This document shows, one piece after another, positions 51,751 to 64,000 of a stretch of 64,000 nucleotides of DNA. The DNA is from Octopus sinensis (taxonomy: Eukaryota), in the NCBI RefSeq assembly GCF_006345805.1, contig NC_043014.1, positions 36,394,001-36,458,000 on the forward strand, in the 5' to 3' direction. Position numbers and translations under genes: made by a program. The notes beneath the pieces were generated by a model that was not told the DNA's origin, did no database searches, and was given only the letters and a program-made list of their open reading frames with translations. Each line of letters starts with the position of its first letter. The first letter of the stretch is position 1.

Positions 51751-54700
51751 GTAAACAAATTTTCTTTGTGTTATCTTCCTTAACGCCTTTATATATTCTT
51801 GTTCATTAATATCTCCTGATACAATATTTCTGGTTAAATTACACCTTCCAGTAAATTTGTACATCCACTCACGGTTATATTGACAATTATATTTATCCTT
51901 GAAAGGTATATCATTACGATTAACCAAATTTATATAGTTTCTTTTTTAAGATTCTGGAGATATTTAGTTGATATAAGAAGCTGCATCCTTTACATGCACT
52001 CTATATGACATGGTTTGCATAAAGTCCTCCTTATGGCGGAAATTGTAGTGAAAAGGTCCGTACAGCACGGAAAAGCGGACTTTCTCATTATAAATACATA
52101 CATACACATGCACGCTTGCACGTATACACGTACCCACGCAGGAACGCACGCACACGCACACACACATGCATACACACACGGACACACTATACACACAGTC
52201 GTAGAGAAATGGTGCACCCCGTCCCACGTGGCAAAGTGGTATGACTCAGCCACTATAAAGTCAGCAATCATTTGTTGTTTGGTCAGTCAGTAGTAGCAGA
52301 GTTGTTATTTCGTTTTCAGGCTGGTTAACATCTTGAATTTTTCTGTGAGTTGAATTGTTTTTCACTGTGTTTGACTGTTTTCTGTCCAACGGCACATCGT
52401 TTTGCTGCCTAAGGCGGCTTTTTGACGCTTTCCTCCTTGTTTGAAAGTGGAGGCGCGGTAATGGAGCGAGAACTGAAAAGGTTAGCTCTTCAGACTTGTC
52501 GTTCGAGGAGGATCTTGTTAAAAGTTTGAAAAAGATTGACGAGGCGATGGAGTCCAAGAACTCCAGGCGGTGAAAGAGAAAAGTGAGGACGTATGCTTGG
52601 AAGAATTGAATCAATTCAAGGAAATCTTTGAAATGAAGGGGAATGATGTAAAGGTGTCCATTTCCAGTGAGATAACGGAAGAAGTTAAAAAGAAGAACCG
52701 TACTGTGCAGAACTTACAGTTTGTAATTACAGCGAACAGAGGTCGCAACCACAACACAGGTCGAAAAGGCATAGAGGAAGTGAAGGATGTGAATTACCTT
52801 GCCAGAAGCAGAAGATAGACAACGGGAGTGGTGCGTTTTGCGTCGAAGTCTTGAGCTAGGTAGCATAGCGTGACTCCCTTCAACACGGGTGAAGTGGTCT
52901 TTCTAACCATTTACCTGGGAAGGCGTGCTTCTGGGGTAAGGTTAGAAGAGATCTCTCCTTAGGTGGGTGTAGCCTGGCTGGTGGCCGCCATCCCTTTGGA
53001 AATAACAGATAAGTTTGTGAGCTTCCAGGCCAAAAGTGTACCACAAAAAATTGGCACTGGAAATGATAATCCAGGCCGCCATGGGAGATTCAGAGAAGAT
53101 GGTAGAAACCATCACATTTGGAGAGGATGTAAAGCCGAGAGTCTTAGTGGAGAGCAGGGCTCACTGTTCCTTTAAATGCTGTCAAACAGGCACATAAAAC
53201 AGGATACACTCCACCTGCCGCAAAGGAACCAACGAAGGAAAGCGCACCTCCACCGCTTGCGATGTCATGTGTGAGCAAAAAAGAACCGGAGAAGGAGGAA
53301 GATAATCAGGTGGCAGAAGAGAAACATGGATGGAATACGGCACCAAAGAAACGGAAGAGAGGGAAAAGAAGAAATCAAGGCGAAAATGTGAATTCCTACC
53401 CTACTCCCACCCTGCCCAACGTTAAACCACCATCCACCTACAGTCACCAGCAGCAACTCAAAGAACATGAACGACTATTTCTTTATTGCCCACAGGGTCC
53501 AAACATAGAGGAGACGATACAAATGAGGGAGGAGAGGATAAAACGAATGATTTTAGAAAAGATGAATAGTTAAAAATTTACGTTAAGAATTTTTATAAAT
53601 AGGATGATACCAAACAATAACCATTCAATGAAGTGGGGGACGGGCTTCGCTTCGACCCCGCAAACCCATGCCACCATTGTAACCTTTTTGTATAACCTTA
53701 TGGATATACTATGCGGATTCTTCATTCTCAACAAACTCGCTACAGCTTTCCATCGTTTTCCGTATAAATCAGGTGACAGGCATTTTATCTCCACCCTTAT
53801 TTTTCTCTTAAGATGGTAGATGAGGAAATTAACCAGTCCAAGGCTGGAGATGAAGATGCATCTCACGATTCTTTTCACGTGGGTCTTCCATACTACTTCT
53901 TTCGGTATAGCGACCACAATGAGAAAACGAGCCATGCCTTCTTTGTTAAAAGAGGAAGCAGGAACAATCTATATAATCGACTCGAAAGACAGTTGTACTC
54001 TTCCCAGTCGCGTCAGCTGGTGTTCAAGGTAAACCCACATTTCGGAAATTTTGGGTCATTGCACAATCGCGTGCGGAACAGTTTTCCTGTCCTGTTCGCA
54101 TCTTGGGCGCGCGGGTGCGCAAGGTTCACCATGCTTTGCGAGTTTATCGCGAAATGGTAAGGCTCCTCAGTAACACTGCCAGGTGGGGTATGTTTGGAAG
54201 TTATCCAAGGGTCCTGGCCCAAATGTCCTTCGGAACAGGTAGGTTAGTTGACCCTCATCGAAGCCTAGAGTCTTCCCCCACATCGTCGTCTCACTGAACC
54301 TATACCAACCCTCTATAAAAATACGAGGTGGAACCCACTCCGCTGGCGTTGCCCATGTGACAGAGAAGCTTGAGTGCCTCACAACACTTCGCTTGCCAAA
54401 CACTCAACTTTCGTCTACACTTGACCCAAGGTCCTAGTTCACTCAAACTAGTAAGCTTAGGAAATAACAACCGACCGGACGGAGACCACACCTGTTCACT
54501 ATCCAGGTAGAGACACAGATACCTCAGCATCAGCGCACGTCTGCGCATCAACTGCCAAGACATCCCTTGCCCACCATTTAGTGGGTCCTGGCAGAAGACA
54601 GAGCGCTTTTCAAGAGGACTCCAATTCTTTATCTGGAGTTCTGGACAAAACTAAACCCCTAGCATTTACACCAGCCCCTCCGTCCAACGCCCTACGACGT

Positions 54701-56625
54701 TGTTGGGAGGTATCGTCTTGCCTTGCCCGGTGCCGAGTTGCAAGCCGACTGACTTATTCCAGTTAACTTTTGCTCCTGCGTCATAGCCTTTAATGGCGTT
54801 GCCTACCCTCTGTAGGTATACCATTTCGGACACTATGATGGTGATGTCATTCGCATACGCCGAAACCTTCCCACTGCAACCTAGATCTCGTGGGACGCAC
54901 TTTAATCTCTCCAACTTCCGCAGCAAGAACTCTAGAGCCAATACATACAGAAGTGGGGAGAGAGGACACCTTTGTTGAACAGTGCTTGATGTTGAACGGC
55001 TTCAAGAAGAACCCGTTCGCCCGAACGATCGAGTCAATGTTACTGTATAAAGCAATGATCCACCCTCTACAGACGGAGCCGAACCCGAATGCTGTAAGGA
55101 CCAACACCGGATACCGATGGTCAACCTTGTTAAAAGCTTTGATGAATTTTAATTGACAGGAAAAACTATTAAAAATTAAAAGCAAACTTTTAATGGTATA
55201 CCTGGGGACGAAGTAAACCCATTAGGTGTAGAAATAAGACACGATCCTCTGCCTCCTGTGTTGGATTTCGAAAAACTGAAACCGCTTTCAATTTGCTAAG
55301 ATAATTATTCGGATAAACGTTGGATTAAAAATAGCGTAAATATAGTTAAAATGGTACTACACGGAAGTGAGGTCGAGTAGTTGCCATTACATCATTTTTA
55401 TAGAATTTCATTTCATTCATCCGTTTATGTTGTTTATCCCACTTATGCTGTCTAGTCTGTCCTTGTTCGTCCCCCTCTGTATGCCCTTGTAGGCAATAGA
55501 GAAACAAGGTCAGTCAGTAGTAGAGAAAAATTTGGTGAGTTAAAGTTGTATCATTTGCTGGCGTTATATTGTTGTTTAATTGTTGTAGTGTTCCTTAAAC
55601 ACATAAGTATGTGCTGTCTTGCGGCAGTTTATTTGTGCTTTCCCTCCTCATAGAAGAAGGTAGACTGAATAAAAAGAAAATATGTCAGAAGAGGAAGATA
55701 TCAGCTACCCAGAGCTGTCCTCGTCGGAACAGTCGGAGCAATCGTCGTCGTCAGAGATTTCGTGGAGTACAATAGAGAAACTGAACGAGGAACGTATAAT
55801 AGAGAACAAAAACTTCGCAGAAATCGCAAAGTGTAAGGAATATCAAATCGAATGGGTAAAATGGAGAAATTACATGACAATGATGAGTCGCGAAGATAGA
55901 CATAATGACTACTGACAAAATAGAGAAGGCACTAAGGCCAATCTGACAAGAGATAACGTATCTTACCGGGGGCAAGTATGGAAATGTAGAGGTGAGATTT
56001 AATGAGGCAGAAAAGGCAAAGGAGAACGCGGCAACCATTATAAAGAGTGATGAAGTGATACTATTATTTATATGTACAATAGAAGGCGTGCTTTAAAAGT
56101 TAGCGTAGAGGGAATCCCACCAGAAGTTGACGTGGTCTGGATAGCAGCCACTGTCCTACATGGAAATGAGAAAGAGATAGCGGTTCTCCAGGCCACAACG
56201 ACGGAAAGTAGGCATTGCGGAGGCCAAACCTTAAACACGGTCATTCAAGCGTCAAAGAAAACTATTGAGAAAATGCCAGAAATGATAACGATAGATGATG
56301 TAATAATGGCCCGATTTCAATCAAATTTTCAACATAGTAAAGTGTAAGCGGATTTGTAATTTAAGCGTGGAAATGGGTTCAAAGTTTGAAAATTAAGGCA
56401 ATATTTCTGAAGTTGAAAAAAAAATTCTCATTTTTACGTATTTTTGCTTTTTACTTTATATTGTTTACAGTTTAGAGCTTTCATTTGCAAGGTCAATCGT
56501 CGAAAACTTCACAAAATAAGTACTAAATTTAACAAAGAAATCCATTTTCCCTTATTTTTAATCACTCAAATAGTGACACGTACAAAAGGCATGTGTGCTT
56601 TCCGTTTTCACTGCTGATATTTATG

Positions 56626-57430
56626 TTACTTAGTTAGTTAGTTAATTAGTTAGTTAGTTAGTTAGTTAATTTAGCTCAAAAGCAAATAGCAAGGCCATGT
56701 AGGGGGACATGGAGTTAAGTACAGGGTGGTGTTCATGTAAAGAGTTGAGGCCACTTGAGGTCCAGGGAGGCTTTGAACAAAGCGGTCGTCGGCATCTTCA
56801 CCATCTCGTCTGGCAGCTTGTTCCACGGATCCGCAACCCGGACGGAGAAAGCTCCTCTCCTTCGATTGAGATGAAATCGTCGCAGGTAGAGCTTTTCGGA
56901 ATGACCCCGCAGCCGACGCTCTGGAGCAGGAGTGAAGAACAGCTCTTTCGAGAGGTTACACTTTCCGCTTATGATGTTGTGGGCGAGAATGAGATCACCA
57001 CGGCGGCGGCGTTTTTCAAGAGAATAAAGGTCGAGCGTCCTCAAATTTTTGAGACCGTGAACCATGCGGGTAGCCAGCTTCTGGACCCTTTCGAGATGCT
57101 GTATGTCTTTGAGGAGATAAGGAGAAGAGGTTTGAATCCCATACTCCAATATGGGTCTCACCAGCGTGACATAGAGTGGTAGGAATATGGCTGCTGTGAG
57201 CATTCCGAATGACAGTCGAATCAAGAACAGAATTCCGCGTGCTTTGTTGGCAGCATGGACGCACTGGGCCGAAGGCGAAAAGGAGGAATCCACCAAGATA
57301 CCCAGGTCCTTTACCTGATCGGTCCTCTCCAGCAGCAGACGACCCGGGTCGAAATCAAGTTGAGTTGCAGGAGTAGAGCCGACAGGCAGATGACAGCACT
57401 TTGACACGTTCAGACACAGGTCCTAATCGT
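56626..57430 (-). mobile_element. CR1-clade LINE 3' fragment, unit B-specific
   Basis: 224-codon open frame (KDLGILVD, LYVTLVRPILEY, LERVQKLATRM, RGDLI, FSVRV..PWNKLP) and a (TAAC)n tail. The empty site is ttatgattgatc at ~31375. Confidence 0.92.
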
Positions 57431-58794
57431 TGATTGATCTTTCAAAATATTTCCTTTCTCAACTTACTCAAGATCTTTTGTTTTTTTATAAATGGGAGAG
57501 AGAGAGATAAAGAAAGATAGAGAGTGAGATAAAGCGAGGGTGAGTCCGAGAGAAAGGAAGAGTAAGAGAGTGGGAAAGTGAGAGAGAAAAGAGAGAGAAA
57601 CAAAGAGGGAGAATGTGGTGATAAGAAACAGAAAGGAAGCAACAGAAAGTAATAACCACACCCTCACCCACGCATAGAGCGGGTCACCTTAAGTTAGTAA
57701 CATATATTTTTGCGATAGAGCGGGTCACCTTAAGTTAGTAACATATATTTTTGCGATTTTTTTACTTTGTTTCGTTTGTTCTATGTCCCCACAAGGGGAC
57801 ATAGAACAAACGAAACAAATTAAAGACATCTTCGTTGGAGCAGAATACAGCTGAGTTTAGACAGCAAGAGAAAAGAGAACTACATGTCTGCATCCTGAAG
57901 GAATTTCTATGCGTTAAATAGCAGCTAAATCTCCCTGATGCCTATTCTATCGTCCTAGTAAAAGAAAGTTTCATTCGACTATGAAGACTTAGCTATAAAA
58001 GTAAAAATTCAAAAACACTAACATAATCTCTCTAATTATATCTTTTCGTTTAAAAAGTATGAATAACTCTCGTTAATATAATTCAAACGATGTCTAAAGT
58101 AAAAGACAGGGTGGTTACGGAGGGAAAATCTTCGATCATAGGTCAAAGTTATCAGGAATGATCTTAAGATCAACAACAGGTTTCGACTGGTTCCAGCAAT
58201 TTGTCATAAAGAGAATACTTCACGAGAATGCTTCAGTTTGTCTGAATGACATACAATAGGTACTAGTTCATATTTCAGAGATGAGGAGCTTCCAGTAGAA
58301 AAATATAGAGCGTGGCAAGTCAACATAGAAATAAACAAGAACACATACTATAAAGAAAAAATTTCAATACCGGTATAAAAGATTTATATTAAACAAAATG
58401 AGAAAAGATTGATCATACTTTTCGATTGTAGCTCTGGTTAAATATATATATATATATATAGTTAAGCCAAACATGAAAACACAAAGAGAAAACACAACAA
58501 CGCGAGGACGTGGAACAAATATAGTATTATTGGACGCTCAGGAAGGAATGGAAGAAGGAGGGTTTAACATTTCGAGCGGAGCTCTTCGTCAGAAACATAG
58601 AAGGAAAGATCCAGAGAAGGGAAGACGGAGGGAAAAATCGCTAACGGTACACACGCGGTCACAGTTTGAATGATAAACATTTTGATTTCATTTCCAATTT
58701 GGAAAACAAAACTGCATTGAAAACTAAGATAAAAACTTAAATATTATGTTTCTCTATATTATTTTGTTTATAATTTAAAAATTTTTATTTCTAG

Positions 58795-58827
58795 GTACTG
58801 AGCAGAAAGCAATCAGAGACAATGCAG
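58795..58827 (+). CDS. Gene B exon 4: 33-nt stalk
   Basis: Identical to gene A exon 4, with AG/GT intact. Confidence 0.65.
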
Positions 58828-60179
58828 GTATCTTTAATCTTCTAACTTTTGCTTCTTTCAGTTACTGGATGGTGGCCATGCTGGGCTATTTTCTAATAGT
58901 CTTTGTCATACTTATTCCCGAACTGATACGTTGTGGGCACGTAAACAAACCAACACTGGTTTTCCAGTGATGGGGGGAACAAACACTAATGTACACATCT
59001 ATACATACATACATGCACACGCTACACACACTCACACACACATACATACACACAGATATCGCGCACACACAAATATATACACGACATTCTTGGGTCAAGC
59101 ATAGACCTATGCAGGGTACCTGACACCTAGTGTGACATCAGGCGCTCACACCTCTGTCAGCAGGGTATTGGTCTTAGTGGACGTTGCACCGAGATCTGAG
59201 TGTCAAGGAAGGCCAACTGCCCAGTCGTTTTCGAAGAAGTTTTGCGCCGGGTTCCATTGATAATTTACAAAAATTCCTTGCCTGGCAGTGCTACAGAATA
59301 ACGTTGCCGATTCGTAATAAAGTGTACCGGCATGATATTCCCCTCAGCTGCTCTTGCCCTTGATGCACATTGCATGTGAAAGATGATGCGATTAATGTAT
59401 TAGTATAGTGCTTGAGCATCGTTGATTTCTGGAGTTATGTCTACCAGCTGCAATCACTTCTCGGACGGATCTGGTTATAGGTCGACTCCAAAGTGAAGAT
59501 TGCTTCCTTGCTTTCCTTTGATTTTGAAGGGTTGGCAGATTTCCTCTATTAGGTGCTTATGGTGAAAGATGATGCGATTAATGAGAAAGAGACCAAACCT
59601 TCATTGACTTTTCATGTTTAAAGGGAAAGTGAGCGTGGAGTGCAAGGTCCTTTCTCCCAGTAGAACTGTTACACTGTGGATGAATATAGCAAGAATGGCT
59701 CGAGTGAATTGTCGTAACCTAAGCGTGCCCATGTAGTTACAGAAGCATGGAGGAGAGAGAAACACAACAGTATTCCTCGTGAACAGGGGACTCAGGATTA
59801 CTTGTTTACTGTGAGGTTACTTGGTTACCCTTGGGTAGCGTTTCCCTTTTAATTGGGAATTTTGTTGTTTTGATTTTCTTCTGATTATTTATTGTTTACA
59901 TGTGTTTATGTAAATCTCCAATATCCTTGATTACTGTTTCTGAGGCTGCGAGCTGGTAGATTCATGAGCACGCCGTAAAAAATGCTTGGCGGCATTTTGT
60001 CCGGCTTTCTGAGTTAAAATGCCACCGAAGTTGACTTTACTTTTCATTCTTTCAGAGTCAATGAATTAGGCACCAATTGAATACTGGAGTTGATGTAATC
60101 GATGTCCACCTTCACCAAAGTTTTTGGTCTTGTACCAAAATTAAAATGAAATGTGCTTTTTTTTTTCTTTCAATTACAG

Positions 60180-60259
60180 ATAAATTATCTGATGCAAATA
60201 TTATTACTAAGATTTTGAAATTTGCAGCAACACTGCTTGTTATTGGCCATTTTCATTAA
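60180..60259 (+). CDS. Gene B exon 5: DKLSDANIITKILKFAATLLVIGHFH*
   Basis: Polypyrimidine tract plus ttacAG, TAA at 60257-60259. The joined CDS is 801 nt, 266 aa. Confidence 0.7.
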
Positions 60260-63200
60260 GGATTTCGGAAAACAAGCCCCAGCAGAATCAAAAAGTGGTT
60301 AGTATTGTATTTTTCATTTTCGTTCCTTTGATTTTGTTATTCTTCTATATAATATATTTCTTTACTACCCACAGAGGGGTATGTATGTATGTATGTAAAC
60401 ACAGAGGGGACAAAAAAGACAGATTAAGTCGATTACATCGACCCCAGTGCGTAACTGGTACTTAATTTATCGACCCCGAAAGCATGAAAGGCAAAGTCGA
60501 CATCGGTGGAATTTGAACTCAGAACGTAACGGCAGACGAAATACGGTTACGCATTTCGCCCCGCATGCTAACGTTTCTGCCAGCTCGCCGCCGTTCTTCT
60601 ATATAATATTATTGATTAAGTTTGCGATTATGTCGTAGTGGAAATGGTATACCCCTCCCAAGGGACAAATGGTATGACTCAGCCACTATAAAGTGCGACA
60701 ACGTCAACCAGTACGGGTAGTCGTCTATCAGTCGTTGTAGAATAGTTGCACGAGTTCTCTGTTGGAGTTAAGTGTCAGTTAAGGGTTATAGTCGAGTTCG
60801 ACTCAACAGTGATGGTAGGCGGCTCAAAGAGGCTGTTTTGCAGAGCTATCAGCAATAGCACGATAGACGAAGCGATGTATTACTACTCCGGTATAGAAGA
60901 GATAAACTGTATCCGATACCAGACAAATGTCCACTATAGTAGATACAAAAGCTACAGTCAAGACAGGGACCACACATTATAGATATGGAAAACACCACAT
61001 CATAACAGCTTACTGCATTGGTTTTATTCTAAACTCATCGTTATGGTCATTCTTCTTTAATATTTATATAAACATTCATCGAGCAAAAGCATTCGATTAC
61101 TGAACATCCCATCTTTTCACGGGCGTAGATAATCTTGTTTACTTGTTTCAGTCCTAGGACTGCGACCACGCTTGGCTACCAGCTTAAACTGTCGAACAAA
61201 GAGACCTCACTCCCTATTTTTAAGTTTGATACTTATTCGATCATCACTTTTACCAAACCTCTAAATTATGGATCCGTATTCAAGCAACACCAGATGTGAA
61301 GCGCTGGCTGAAGTTAAATACATACATACGTACATACATACATACGTACATATATACATACATACATACATACTACATACATACATACATAAATACATAC
61401 ATACATACATACATACAGACATACTTACATACATAGGTACATACATACGTGCATGCATACATACATACAAGCAACGCCAGTCGTGAAGCGCTGGCTGAAA
61501 TTAAATACATACATACGTACATACATACATACATATATTCTCTCTCGCTTTCACTGACACAATTACATACATACATACACACATACATACATACATACAT
61601 ACATACATACATACATACATACATACATACATACATACATACATTCATATACACACCATCATACATACTACATACATACATACATACATACATACATACA
61701 TACACGTATAATTTCTTTCTAAGTTGGCAATGCTTTCTTTTTTACAGGTTATTTCGAAACTTCCAAGCGAAAATTAACTCACATTTTCTCCGGAAATAAA
61801 TATTTGACTACATACTATATATTGTGTGCCTTCTGCAGATAGTGCTTGTTGATTTCTGATAATGAAAACATATCTTAATGTGTGTTTGTGTGTATATGGG
61901 CACATATGCTCTGATACACATGAATCTAGAAAGATATAATAAAACAATTTTTCGCATATAAGTACACAATCTCTCTCGTTTTGCAACTGGCAACTATTTT
62001 CCCTAGGTTAGGGGAAGTATAAAGAGAAATGACATTGTCTTACGTTGACAGGTATAGTGTAGCGGAACTAAAATGGTATTGGAAAATGTGTAAAGTTTTT
62101 GAAAATTTTGGTCAATCAATCCCAATGGAATCAAATTACAGATCAGCTAACTTTATAGTTGTAGTTGGCTTGAATGTAGGATTATATACAGCTTAGCATA
62201 AGCCAAACGTTAATTTTAATGTTGATAAATTCTCAAATCGTCCCTGTTCAATTACAATCTTTATTATTGATAGTTTCGCATATAATATTTAGCTGGTCTG
62301 CGTCGAATGCGGGTCATTATAAGGTAGCACTCGCTAGAGTGAGATATGTAGAAAAATTAGTTATATTCAAAGTAGTGAATCAGTTAACAGCCCTTCCTGC
62401 AGGAACACTTGAATACTACAATTGGTAGACAAAGGTGTAGGTCTGGAGACGGAATAAATGAGGATATAATTAACAATAAACCTGATTGGTGAAACACGTA
62501 TGTATATATATAGGACATGTGCCCTACTATGAGAACCTAACTATTCGAACCCGCTACCTTGACTATAAGTAATAGCAAGAGAGGGGAATGATGGAAATTG
62601 AGGGATGTTAAGAAATTATAAGGAGCGAAAATGCTTAAGTAAACCGAACTCAACTTGCAGCCGTATGAAAACATTAGGTAGTTGGTTGTAAAGTGTAAGC
62701 AGCAAAACACTGCACACAGTAGGGAAAAACAAGAAATAGTAAAATCGGTAAAGGATTACGTCTCGAGAAAAATGATATATCCAGTATTTACCCTTGATGT
62801 ATCCCTCTGATTGCTTCCGCTTTCTTCGCTGCATTAGATAAACTCTTCAGTAAATCTATTAGATATCATAAAACATTTTATAGACATCGTTAATGTGTCT
62901 TACGCAACTACCCTATTATAAAATATACCTCCAATGGAATAATAAAATCTTACTCAACAGGTCTTTTCTAATATTTATAATTGCAATGTAAATGACTCTA
63001 CAGGCTGCACATAGACCAGGAGTCGATGTATTGGTAGATAATGTGCGAGAGAATGGAAAGTATTTCATATGTGACACCAACACAACTACTCAAGATATAT
63101 CCGACGATCGACTCAGTAGTGGTAATAGTAATAATGTTAACAATTACAGTAATAGTCCTTTCTACAATGGTTTCAAGACCAAATCTTGTGGAAGGGGATA

Positions 63201-64000
63201 GTCGATTCTATCTAAGCCAGTTCTAAACTGGTTATTATCTTATCGACCCCGAAATGGTGAAAGACAAATTCGAGCTCGATGATATTTGAACTCAGAAGGT
63301 AAAAGACAAGAAATGTTGATAAACATTTGTTCCGTTGTTGTAACGATTGTGCCAACTCTTAGCATCGGCATTTATCGTGTTAATGATGGTAGGAACAGCA
63401 TAATATTAGTTCTAGTTATTATAATAAATGAAATTAAAATCATGAAGATAGTAGTAAAAATAGTGAAAATACTTGTGATGCTAATAGTAATGCCAGTTAT
63501 GACTAGAATAATGCAATAATTTGCAACTTTAGAATTACGATAAATATACAACACTGGTACTTCACCATCTCTCTCCTGCTCTCACTCTCTCTCTCTCTAT
63601 CTCTCTCTCTCTTTCTCTGTCTTGCAGTTTTGCTGTTTCCTACTCCTCTCTTTCTTCCTTCTTTCTCTCTCTCTCTCTCTCTTCTCTCCCTCGCTCTCTC
63701 TTGCCCTTTGCTGTTTTCCTTCTCTCTCTTTTTTCCTTTGTTCGTGTCCTCTGGCTTGATAGCCATATATCTCATCTACAGCAGCACACCTATTTCTGCT
63801 CTCATTCTTGGTCTCTTTCTCTCACTGGGTAGCCATGGAGCTTCTCTATAGCAATATCCTATTTCTACTACTCCTATTTCTTTGCAAGACAACTACCTTT
63901 AATCATCAGATATCGGGCCACCTCCTCCAATGGTCCATATATATATATATATGTGTGTGTGGTGTGTGGTGTGTGTGTGTACCGTTTGCGATCAGATATC

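Overview
AT-rich, microsatellite- and transposon-dense animal genomic DNA. The tRNA-derived SINE families look like those I recall from Octopus, so the species assignment is an inference. Bases 1-12.9 kb are only transposon debris: Helitron, Penelope-like, mariner, RTE, Tx1/L1 and SINEs. From 12,974 the window is a tandem segmental duplication with a 26.6-kb period: unit A 12,974-39,573 and unit B 39,574 to beyond 64,000, about 4-6% divergent in hand-aligned intron stretches. Each unit carries one intact five-exon + strand gene that the ORF track does not show as a gene. Its exons encode a signal peptide, a V-like Ig domain, a C2-like Ig domain, an 11-codon stalk and a GPI-signal-like tail, and all four introns are phase 1 with GT-AG ends (265 and 266 aa). 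The two V-like exons differ at 45/333 nt, giving 38 amino-acid changes but only 2 purely silent codon changes, about three times the adjacent intron divergence. The start of the C2 exon appears homogenised by gene conversion. This looks like a diversifying cell-surface recognition receptor family. Unit B intron 1 also contains a young 588-bp retrozyme-like insertion with a complete type I hammerhead ribozyme in the sense orientation. Many copy-specific TE insertions date events after the duplication.
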